DNA of 64,000 bases, taken from contig JAFVBS010000012.1 of the NCBI GenBank assembly GCA_017479865.1, positions 960 through 64,959 on the forward strand. Reading direction: 5' to 3'. Position numbers and translations under genes: made by a program. Below the pieces are notes generated by a model that did not search any database, was not told where the DNA came from, and worked only from the letters and a program-made list of their open reading frames with translations. The stretch is from Clostridia bacterium. Its GTDB lineage: Bacteria > Bacillota > Clostridia > TANB77 > CAG-508. Shown one piece after another: positions 46,590 through 55,414 of this stretch (the stretch's first letter is position 1; every line of letters begins with the position of its first letter).

Positions 46590-49500
46590 ATGAATCAAAA
46601 AACAAAAACAATCGGCATAGCATTAGCATTGGCTTTTGTATTAATTTTATTAATATCTGTCATGTCAGCCATTATGGCAAAGCCAGCAGAGATGATAGAA
46701 CAAACTAGAATTAGTAAAGAAAAACTGATTGCTAATGGTTCTATTGCAAAAGGAACTATCACAGTCAAAGGAGCGCATGACAGCAAATCGTTCCAAAATG
46801 GTAGAGCATTTTACTATGAGTACACAGGAGAAACTAGTAACAAAGTATATTGCCCATCCATTAATGACATTCAATTATACTGTATTCAAAAAGGCGGTAG
46901 ATTAAAAAGTACAGGAAATTTGGTAAGTGACGTAGAAGCAAAAAATGGCAATACAGGTAGTACCAGAGGTAGCCTTCCAAGGGCAATTTACTCAAATCCA
47001 TATTATGTATGTAACAATAAACATGAAGTATTAAATGCGATTGGAGCTTATATTGTTACAGCTCCATCTAACTTTATTGCATCTGCCAAAGGAACTTATG
47101 ACTATGGAGCAAATTCAACCACTTTTGAAAAAGGCGAAAATATTAGCGAAGAAGTAAGACAAGTAGCAATTTGGTTAAATCCTGCTACTAATGTAGGAGA
47201 GAGCTGGAAAGCTAGTGGAGCCAAATTTTCTTATTTAGATCAATCACAACAACTAAGTGATGAAGCAGAAGATTATAAAACTTATGAAGCAGAATTAAAA
47301 GAAAATGTAGCAAACCCAATTAAAGAAACGACTGAAAAAGAAATAAAAATTAATGTAAATGTAAAGGAACAATATCTTATTATAGGACCATATAAACTGG
47401 ACTATGTATCAGGAATTGGAAATAATGTAGCATTTGCTGGTATTTCTAACATTCAAGTTAAAGGATATAATGAGGTTAACGCAAACAAAGAATTAAAAGA
47501 TGTAGAACTTTTAAGTTACATCCAAGATGGAAATGAAAAAGCATTTAACTATTTTCAACCAACACAAAAAGAAGGTTATGTGGATCGTAGCGAGCAATCC
47601 TATCCAGTAAGTGGAAAAGAATTTTTCTTAAAAATTAAAAATCCAAATCAAGGGGTAACAGCGGCAGCTAAAAAAGTAAACTATATTAGTGTTTTTGTAG
47701 AATATGGTTATATGACAGCTACTGGTACAAAATGTGAATTAGTGGGAAACCAAAAAGTAGCAAAAGCAGTACAATATGACTCCAGACCAATTTATAGTGA
47801 CGGTATAAGAATTGGTACCAAAAGATATTATAGATGGACGGTATCTTCTAGTCTGACCAAACCACAAAAGTTAATAGATGCTTGGGGTGAGAGAAAATAT
47901 TATACTGTTACAGTAGAGTTAGTAGCCAAACTAAAAGAAACAACAAAACCAGTTGAGCCAAGTAAGCCAGGACGTAGACAGACTTATGACATTACTTTAA
48001 GCCTTGGTGGAACTGTTTGGGAAGATGTTTTAGATACGAAAATGAACCAGGCAGATGGAATCAAAGGCGAAAATGATAAACTAATTGAAAATGTAAAGGT
48101 AACTTTATATGAGTGTGTCCTTGACAAAAAAGGAAATGTGCAATATCAGGATGGTAAACTTATTTCGCAAGTGGCAGACCTATTATCTGAAGACAATCGT
48201 AAACAAATGACAGAAGAAGAAATTGCTAGAAGAATTAATCCACAATTTACCGATAAAAATGGATATTATCAATTTGATGGGTTAGATCCATCCAATAAAT
48301 ATTATGTGGCATTTGAATACAATGGACAAGTATATATGCCTACAGAGTATTTAGTAACTGGTAAAAAAGAAGATGGAACTTTAGTGCAACAAAATTCTGT
48401 ACAGGATATGGTAACAAAGTTACCTAACAAAGAAATATGGCAAGTAAATTCAAAGGTAACTGAAAATCAAACAACAAGAAGTAATTATAACTCACAATTC
48501 AAAGACATTGGTTCTTCACCAAAAAATTATCAATCTTCTAATTCTTTGAACAGTGGAAAATTGCTAAAGGAAGATGGTAAGTATTATAACGAAACTTATA
48601 CCATTAACGAGCTAATGGGATTTGAATTACAAGCAGATGGTACTTATAAAGATGACGGTGTACACCTCATTGATGGCTTTTATGCATTAAATAAAGACGG
48701 TAGAATTGAAACAACAACTAAAATTAATGAAGGAATCATTAGTAAAAGTATCAAAGAATACATTCAAAAGAAAGCCGCATATCCAAATAAAGAAGAAATG
48801 CTAGCCATTTACAAAAATATTGCGGGAAATGATTCTACTCTTTGGAAAAAATTACAATACATAGAAGATTGTAAAATTAGTAGTTATACAGGTTCTCCAT
48901 TCAAAAATAGCAATGTTGAGCTTTACCCAGTTTACAATGATTTTGCCATTGATTCAAAAATAATGACCATTCCGGGAAAAGGAAGCAAAAAAGCTATTTA
49001 TAAAGAGCAACTACATATTAATAGCGGATTATGGAGAAGACAACAAGTAGATTTAGCATTGAGAAAAGACATTTACAAAGCTGCAACCAAAATTAATGGA
49101 AAAACCGAAATTTATAACTATAACAAACGTAGTGATGATGAAAAATATTGGCAAATTGAGTTAAGATTGCAGGACTACAATCAGTACTATGGAACTAATT
49201 ATAACCGTGAATTGTATATAGACGATTACAAATATCGTTCTGCAAACACAAATCAGTCAGGAAAAGACTTAGAATTATATATTACTTATAAAATTACAGT
49301 TCGTAATAACTCACAGGGAATTCTAGGAAAAGTAACAGAAGTAGTGGATTATTATGATAATGACTATACTTACCAACCAGGCTTATCTTGGGTAATGTAT
49401 CAAGAAAACAATGAAGACAAGCAGGCACAAGTTACTGTCAAGAAGGACGATTACGAAAAAATGATGAGCACTTTATGCAGTCCAGAGGATGCAATTCCTT

Positions 49501-51626
49501 ATGCAAGAAAAGCTCAAGTTAATTCGTCAAGCATTTATGGAAAAAATGCACAATCAGACTTAGAAAAACAATACAACGGTTTATATATTAATGGCTTAAA
49601 GGAAAAGGAACTAGCTAGTGGTGAAGAGGCATATATTTTCTTAACCTTTAAAGTAAAAAGTGATGCAAATGGTCCAGTTATTCTGGATGGAGATGATAGT
49701 TTAAAAGAAAACTATGCAGAAATTAACGGATACCAAACTTACTATGCTAATGGAACTGTTTTACCAAATAAGGTAGAAAAGTCCCATAACGATGTAGCAG
49801 GAATTATTGATTATAACTCAAACCCAGGTAACTTGGTATTAAAAGACCTAGAAGGCGAAAAGTACGAAAAGAACTTTGAAAATGACACAGACCGTGCAAA
49901 GAAAATTAAAGTAACAGTCAAAGGAACCAGAAATATTAATGGTACCGTATGGGAAGATGAAAGAACTCAAACAGTATCTGGCTCAGTTATTGGTGACGGT
50001 ATTAGACAACAAAATGAAATTGGAGTCAATGGGGTTACTGTACAACTAGTTGAAAAATTGGCAGATAACAAAGAATATGTATGGCAAACAACTAAGACAA
50101 AAGATGGTGGAAAATATCAATTCTCCAACATCATTCCAGGAAATTACATTGTTAGATTTGTTTATGGCAATAACAAAGACACTGCTTTAACAGTAGCAAA
50201 TGGCGGGGCAAATGCCGTATCTTACAATGGTCAAGACTTTAAGTCTACCATATATCAAAAAGATATGAAGGCTAACCAAGAAATTGCAGGATACCAAGAG
50301 GAATATTACAATATTCAAGCAGCAGATAGTTACAAACAAAACTTATCAGATGCAAAAGATGTTTGGTCAAGAAGAACAGCAGTCAACAATTATAGCACAA
50401 ACAATGTAACAAACTATAAAGCAGAAGTACTAGCTTCTCCATATGCACAATCTATCAATGAAGCGCAAATCAAGGAATTAATGCAAAATACCAACATGGT
50501 AGCAGAAACAGCCATCATTGTATTCGAAGGAGAATATAACAGAACGAATACAGATGGAAGCAACACTGAGTCAAATGGGGATACACTTTATATAGTAAAC
50601 AACTCGGATGGCAAAAGTGATAACTCAAATGCTTATAATGGAAATTACACATTAAACAATGTAGACTTTGGATTAACCGAAAGACCAAAAGCACAACTTG
50701 AAATTAGCAAAAAGGTAGCAGGTGTAAAGTTAACCCATTCTGATGGTGTAGTAGCATTTGATACTACAAAAGCAGTACCAGATGTGTTATGGTTATCAGG
50801 AAAAGCATATAATTTAAGTGATTCCATGAGAAAAAATCAATATAAAGACTATTACCAAGAGAGTATTAAAGATGCAAAATACAATCGTTACTCATATCGT
50901 GAGGAAGTTAGCAAATTAATTGCATCACGCTATAAAGGTGGAAATAATGGATTAATTCAAATTACTAAAGATGAAGAATTAATGCATGGCGCAACTATTC
51001 AAATTACGTATGTTCTTACGATTAAAAATGTTGGTGAAACAGACTATACCGGTGAAGACTTTTATTATAAAGGGGTTGCCAATGGAAAGGTTGTAACAAC
51101 AGCAGCAAATCAAGTGCTTGACTATGTACCAAACAATTTACAATACAGAGGGGCAGAAAATCAAGGTTGGACCGTAGTGAATGTAAATGACTTAACCAAC
51201 AATGATGCAAACCAAGTATATAGCAGACTTGTCAATAATAGTTTAACAGAAACAATTAGCAAATTTAACACCATGTTAGTAACTAAAGATTTAGCAAAGG
51301 CATTAGAGCCAGGAAAAGAAACAGATAATAAAACTTTAGTATTAACAAAAGTCATTACACCAGAAAACGCAAACGATGATTTGACCTATGAAAACATTGC
51401 AGAAATTGTACAAACTTCTAATACAGTAGGTAGAAGAATGGCATATTCTATCGTAGGAAATCAAAATCCAACAGAAAATCCATCAGAAGTTGATAGTAGC
51501 CAGGCAGAACGAATTGTCATTTTACCACCAACAGGTGAACCATACCTATACCTAGGAATTGGTGCAATTGCAATCATCATCCTCATCGGTGGCGTAATTA
51601 TCATTAAGAAAAAGGTTATCAAATAA
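46590..51626 (+). CDS. paralogue of 36149..41317: thioester-domain adhesin (1678 aa) with a canonical LPPTG anchor
   Basis: QLYCIQKGG (TGT at 46881..46883) and RQVAIW (47157..47174). INGTVWEDERT..KDGGKYQFSNIIPGNYIVRF. LPPTG plus TM plus KKKVIK. Confidence 0.8.
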   Translation: MNQKTKTIGIALALAFVLILLISVMSAIMAKPAEMIEQTRISKEKLIANGSIAKGTITVKGAHDSKSFQNGRAFYYEYTGETSNKVYCPSINDIQLYCIQKGGRLKSTGNLVSDVEAKNGNTGSTRGSLPRAIYSNPYYVCNNKHEVLNAIGAYIVTAPSNFIASAKGTYDYGANSTTFEKGENISEEVRQVAIWLNPATNVGESWKASGAKFSYLDQSQQLSDEAEDYKTYEAELKENVANPIKETTEKEIKINVNVKEQYLIIGPYKLDYVSGIGNNVAFAGISNIQVKGYNEVNANKELKDVELLSYIQDGNEKAFNYFQPTQKEGYVDRSEQSYPVSGKEFFLKIKNPNQGVTAAAKKVNYISVFVEYGYMTATGTKCELVGNQKVAKAVQYDSRPIYSDGIRIGTKRYYRWTVSSSLTKPQKLIDAWGERKYYTVTVELVAKLKETTKPVEPSKPGRRQTYDITLSLGGTVWEDVLDTKMNQADGIKGENDKLIENVKVTLYECVLDKKGNVQYQDGKLISQVADLLSEDNRKQMTEEEIARRINPQFTDKNGYYQFDGLDPSNKYYVAFEYNGQVYMPTEYLVTGKKEDGTLVQQNSVQDMVTKLPNKEIWQVNSKVTENQTTRSNYNSQFKDIGSSPKNYQSSNSLNSGKLLKEDGKYYNETYTINELMGFELQADGTYKDDGVHLIDGFYALNKDGRIETTTKINEGIISKSIKEYIQKKAAYPNKEEMLAIYKNIAGNDSTLWKKLQYIEDCKISSYTGSPFKNSNVELYPVYNDFAIDSKIMTIPGKGSKKAIYKEQLHINSGLWRRQQVDLALRKDIYKAATKINGKTEIYNYNKRSDDEKYWQIELRLQDYNQYYGTNYNRELYIDDYKYRSANTNQSGKDLELYITYKITVRNNSQGILGKVTEVVDYYDNDYTYQPGLSWVMYQENNEDKQAQVTVKKDDYEKMMSTLCSPEDAIPYARKAQVNSSSIYGKNAQSDLEKQYNGLYINGLKEKELASGEEAYIFLTFKVKSDANGPVILDGDDSLKENYAEINGYQTYYANGTVLPNKVEKSHNDVAGIIDYNSNPGNLVLKDLEGEKYEKNFENDTDRAKKIKVTVKGTRNINGTVWEDERTQTVSGSVIGDGIRQQNEIGVNGVTVQLVEKLADNKEYVWQTTKTKDGGKYQFSNIIPGNYIVRFVYGNNKDTALTVANGGANAVSYNGQDFKSTIYQKDMKANQEIAGYQEEYYNIQAADSYKQNLSDAKDVWSRRTAVNNYSTNNVTNYKAEVLASPYAQSINEAQIKELMQNTNMVAETAIIVFEGEYNRTNTDGSNTESNGDTLYIVNNSDGKSDNSNAYNGNYTLNNVDFGLTERPKAQLEISKKVAGVKLTHSDGVVAFDTTKAVPDVLWLSGKAYNLSDSMRKNQYKDYYQESIKDAKYNRYSYREEVSKLIASRYKGGNNGLIQITKDEELMHGATIQITYVLTIKNVGETDYTGEDFYYKGVANGKVVTTAANQVLDYVPNNLQYRGAENQGWTVVNVNDLTNNDANQVYSRLVNNSLTETISKFNTMLVTKDLAKALEPGKETDNKTLVLTKVITPENANDDLTYENIAEIVQTSNTVGRRMAYSIVGNQNPTENPSEVDSSQAERIVILPPTGEPYLYLGIGAIAIIILIGGVIIIKKKVIK

Positions 51627-51650
51627 GTAAAGATAATTCAATAACACTAA

Positions 51651-51684
51651 AAATCTAGTAAATAAAAATTTACTAGATTTTTTA
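51651..51684 (+). terminator. intrinsic terminator of operon 2
   Basis: AAATCTAGTAAA..TTTACTAGATTT followed by TTTT. Same stem sequence as 41334..41369. Confidence 0.8.
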
Positions 51685-51715
51685 GTGAATTTGCGATAAC
51701 AATTCAATGCTTAAA

Positions 51716-51774
51716 GTCCAGAGTATTAATGATTTACTTCATTCGTCATTTCGTAAATGATTAATACTCTGGAC
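51716..51774. repeat. long hairpin/palindrome: 22 bp arms (1 mismatch), 15 nt loop
   Basis: GTCCAGAGTATTAATGATTTAC - TTCATTCGTCATTTC - GTAAATGATTAATACTCTGGAC. Confidence 0.7.
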
Positions 51775-52028
51775 CACAATATTTATGTAATCATTCAAAA
51801 AAATCTTGTATTTTACTGGTTTTTGCGGTAAAATAGAGAAGAAGTATGTGAAAAGCTATCTAAAAAAGTCAAAAACTTTTTTGATTTAGCTCGTGAAAAC
51901 GACAAATAATTTATCATGCTTGTACTAGAATAAGAACAAACAGACGAACTTAAGAAAATGTACACCATGGTATGGCTAAATTTTCTAGAAATTCTGTAAA
52001 ATAGAAAACAAGTAGAGGTGGTACAAGA

Positions 52029-54524
52029 ATGTTTCAAAATATTTCAAGAGAATATCAAGAAGAAACAATTAAAAATGAGGAACAAACTCCAAACGAAAAG
52101 AAATCCTTCAAAGAAACCTTGTTAGGTTTGTTCAGCATACAAAAAATTTCATTTTATGTCATAGGGTTCATGCTATCAATGGTAGGTTTTAGCGAAGACA
52201 GCCTTTTGCTCAGTATGAGTCCATTTGCTATTAGCTTTTTAGCAGCAATGCTAAGCAACCGCATGCCAATAGGAATAGTGTATGTGCTTACTCTCATTGG
52301 TACTATTATTAAATTTGGACCAAACCATTGGCTTTACTATTTCCTGACAACCATTGTATTTTTTGTGTTGGTGCTTTTAAAACGACCAAAAGAACAAGAA
52401 GGAGTCAATGAACAACGAAAAGTAGGAGTTCATTTATTCTTATCTGTATTTCTGGTACAAATTGTGCCAATGTTCTTCAGAAGCTTTTATGTATATGACT
52501 TGTTAATGGGGATTATGCTCGCCATTTCTAGTTATTTATTTTATAAAATATTTGCGAATTCTATTTTAATGATTAACGAATTTGGCATTAAAAAAGTCTT
52601 TTCCATTGAGGAAGTAATTGGGACAAGTTTGTTATTGTGCATTGCAATATGCAGTCTAAGTGATGTACATATTTTTGGCTATAGTCTAAAAAATATTTTA
52701 AGTATTTTAATTGTGCTAATTCTTGGATGGAAAAATGGAATGCTAGTGGGAGCAACATCAGGAATTACCATAGGAGTAACGCTTGGCGTTATTGGTAATA
52801 GTGAACCAATGCTAGTGGCTTCTTATGCACTTTCTGGAATGATTGCAGGTATTTTCCGTCGCTTTGGAAAAATAGGAGTAGTCGTTGGATTTATTTTAGG
52901 AAATGCAGTGCTTACCTATGTTGCCAATGGAAACACCATTCCTGTCATTCAACTTCAAGAAATTCTCATTGCCTTTTTGGGGCTATTAGCAGTGCCTAAA
53001 ACCATTAAAATTGATATTGCAGATCTTTATGGAAAAGCAAAGTTATTGCCAGAAACAACTGAAAGAACCATTCGTGAAAATCAAGACACTATTTTAAAAT
53101 TAAATAGCATGTCACAGGCCATTAGTGATATGGCAAGGAGCTATGGAGAAGCGGCAAGTACTGTTCTAGAAGAAAAGGAAATCTTGCAAGAACAAGCAAT
53201 ATCTAATGAAGCAATCTTCTTTGATGAATTAAAATTAAATTTGGAACCATTAGAAGAGAATATGCTATATGAGGATATTTATGAGAATCAAAATGGCATT
53301 GTCACAGATATTTTTCAAAAGCTACTAACTGATGATATTATTACCGAAAAAGAGTTGGTTAGCATTTTTGAAAACCACAATCAATATATTGTAGGGTTTC
53401 ATGAAAAGAATAGGCAAGTAGAAGAAGATGTTTCTCAAATGATTAAGGCGATTAATTATTCTTATCGCATTAGCAAGCTAAACTTTATTTGGAAGAAAAA
53501 AATGGAAGAAAGTAAACAGAATGTATCTTCACAATTAGAGAGTGTATCACAGGCAATTTCTCACTTGGCAGAAGAAATGCAAGAGGAAGAAAAAGACCCC
53601 TTTGGGGCACAAAAGAAAGAAATTTTGAGCTTGTTAGAGCAAAAAGAAATAAAAATTAATCAAATAATAATCAAGCAAACTTCCTCCAAACGATATATGG
53701 TAGAGGTATACACCAATGTTTGTGACGAAATGGATGGTACCAAGTGTGATATTAAAAAAATTGCAAGAATTTTAGGAAAAGTATTAGGAGATAAATTTAT
53801 GATTCAAAAACAAAGTTGTGGACTAAGAGAAGACAAGCCGACTTGCAAATTTACCTATCTTTCTAGCGATAAATTAAAACTACAAGTAGGAGTGGCAACT
53901 TGTACCAAAACGGGCTCAAAAGTTTCGGGAGACAGTCATATTGAAACAAAATTAGAAGACGGTAAATACTTATTGGCTATGAGTGATGGTATGGGTTCGG
54001 GTCAAGAGGCAATGAAAAGTAGCAAAACAGCAATGAGCATGTTAGAAAAATTATTGGCAGCAGGCTTTGAGAAAGAGGTATCGTTAAAACTCATCAACTC
54101 TACATTAATTTCCAATAGCACAGAGGATATGTATGCAACATTAGACATTCAAATTTTAGACTTATTTGCAGGTAATATGGAATTTATTAAAAATGGAGCA
54201 TGCCCAACTTACTTAAAGCGCAATAACGAAGTGCAACTTCTAAAATCTGTTACCTTGCCAACAGGAATTATCAATCAAGCAGACTTGGTGGTTTATGACT
54301 ATGACATCCAGCCAGGAGATATTTTAGTTATGTGTACTGACGGCATTATCGATTCTGACAAAGAATATATTAATAAAGAGGTATGGGTAAAATACCTATT
54401 AGAAGATATACAAACGAGTGATGCTCAACAAATTGCAAATTTAATTTTAAACGAAGCCATTGACAACGACTTTGGTACACAAAAAGATGACATGACAGTG
54501 ATTGTTTGTCGCGTGTCAGAATAG
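52029..54524 (+). CDS. spoIIE: stage II sporulation protein E (membrane PP2C phosphatase)
   Basis: About 10 N-terminal TM segments, a central regulatory region and a C-terminal PP2C domain (GDSHIE..LAMSDGMGSG..VMCTDGI..DDMTVIV). Confidence 0.9.
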   Translation: MFQNISREYQEETIKNEEQTPNEKKSFKETLLGLFSIQKISFYVIGFMLSMVGFSEDSLLLSMSPFAISFLAAMLSNRMPIGIVYVLTLIGTIIKFGPNHWLYYFLTTIVFFVLVLLKRPKEQEGVNEQRKVGVHLFLSVFLVQIVPMFFRSFYVYDLLMGIMLAISSYLFYKIFANSILMINEFGIKKVFSIEEVIGTSLLLCIAICSLSDVHIFGYSLKNILSILIVLILGWKNGMLVGATSGITIGVTLGVIGNSEPMLVASYALSGMIAGIFRRFGKIGVVVGFILGNAVLTYVANGNTIPVIQLQEILIAFLGLLAVPKTIKIDIADLYGKAKLLPETTERTIRENQDTILKLNSMSQAISDMARSYGEAASTVLEEKEILQEQAISNEAIFFDELKLNLEPLEENMLYEDIYENQNGIVTDIFQKLLTDDIITEKELVSIFENHNQYIVGFHEKNRQVEEDVSQMIKAINYSYRISKLNFIWKKKMEESKQNVSSQLESVSQAISHLAEEMQEEEKDPFGAQKKEILSLLEQKEIKINQIIIKQTSSKRYMVEVYTNVCDEMDGTKCDIKKIARILGKVLGDKFMIQKQSCGLREDKPTCKFTYLSSDKLKLQVGVATCTKTGSKVSGDSHIETKLEDGKYLLAMSDGMGSGQEAMKSSKTAMSMLEKLLAAGFEKEVSLKLINSTLISNSTEDMYATLDIQILDLFAGNMEFIKNGACPTYLKRNNEVQLLKSVTLPTGIINQADLVVYDYDIQPGDILVMCTDGIIDSDKEYINKEVWVKYLLEDIQTSDAQQIANLILNEAIDNDFGTQKDDMTVIVCRVSE

Positions 54525-54597
54525 GGACGTTTGTGATTGGGACAAATGTCCCGTTTAGGGACACATGTTATCCATTGAAAAATGATAATCATAAAAG

Positions 54598-54636
54598 AAA
54601 AAAATCTAGTGATAATATCATTCACTAGATTTTTTG
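54598..54636 (+). terminator. intrinsic terminator after spoIIE
   Basis: AAAATCTAGTGA..TCACTAGATTTT followed by TTG. The stem is related to the adhesin terminators. Confidence 0.75.
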
Positions 54637-54721
54637 TGATATTCAGTAAATACTTAAAAATTGTAAGATAGATATAGGGAAGACTATTATCCGTCTCTAT
54701 CCCAGAAATATTACTGATTCT

Positions 54722-55255
54722 TTAATAATTTTCTTCACTTACTTCAAAATATGCTTGTGGGTGTTTGCAAACTGGGCAAACAGTAGGAGCTTCTAATCCA
54801 ACATGAATATGCCCACAGTTTCTACATTTCCATACGGTAATGCTTCCTTTTTTGAATACTTCACCATTTCCTAAGTTGTCAAGTAATTTTCTGTATCTTT
54901 CTTCATGATGTTTTTCAATTTCTCCAATTCCTCTAAAAGTAGCAGCAATGTCTGTAAAGCCTTCTTCATCTGCTACTCTAGCAAATTCAGCATACATATC
55001 TGTCCACTCATAATTTTCACCAGCAGCGGCAGCGGCTAAGTTTGATTTAGTATCTCCAATTCCTTGTAAATATTTGAAATGAAGCTTCGCATGTTCCTTC
55101 TCATTTTCAGCAGTCTCCAAAAAGATGCTAGCGATTTGTTCATATCCTTCTTTTTTTGCTACACTTGCAAAATAAGTGTATTTGTTTCTTGCTTCTGATT
55201 CTCCAGAAAAAGCTTTTCTTAAATTTGCTTCTGTTTTTGAACCTTTTAATTCCAT
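54722..55255 (-). CDS. rbr: rubrerythrin
   Basis: Di-iron four-helix motifs ([17 protein letters not shown], ..IEKHHEERY) and C-terminal rubredoxin-like CRNCG..CPVCKHP. ATG at 55255 after AAAGGAGAG. Confidence 0.9.
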   Translation of the reverse strand: MELKGSKTEANLRKAFSGESEARNKYTYFASVAKKEGYEQIASIFLETAENEKEHAKLHFKYLQGIGDTKSNLAAAAAGENYEWTDMYAEFARVADEEGFTDIAATFRGIGEIEKHHEERYRKLLDNLGNGEVFKKGSITVWKCRNCGHIHVGLEAPTVCPVCKHPQAYFEVSEENY

Positions 55256-55281
55256 TTTCAACTCTCCTTTATCTTAAAAAT

Positions 55282-55301
55282 TTGTAACCTTTTTATTACA
55301 A
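55282..55301. promoter_or_regulatory. inverted repeat TTGTAA-N8-TTACAA upstream of rubrerythrin (candidate redox/peroxide repressor operator)
   Basis: Dyad located between the putative promoter and the RBS of rbr. The family assignment (Rex/PerR-like) is a guess. Confidence 0.3.
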
Positions 55302-55414
55302 GTATAGAATAACCGAAATTCCAAAAAAAGTCAATATGATAAAGAAATTTAAAAAATTTGAGATATGTTTTCCAATATGAGATGCCAAAAGAGCCATTCT
55401 AGGCTCTTTTGGCA

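Noticed and set aside
31287-51355. Numerous 60-120 aa minus-strand ORFs nested in the four giant genes (e.g. 31287..31514, 37468..37833, 42240..42551, 44550..44870, 51161..51355), and short same-strand alternative-frame ORFs (e.g. 36489..36677, 39777..40031)
   Set aside because: They are antisense or alternative-frame shadows of long, domain-bearing ORFs. They have low-complexity composition and no RBS or motifs.
30942-51626. Calling the adhesin block a sortase-assembled pilus operon
   Set aside because: There is no sortase gene in or next to the block. I did not see a pilin motif (YPKN) or an E-box. The proteins are far larger than typical pilins. I kept them as surface proteins and adhesins only.
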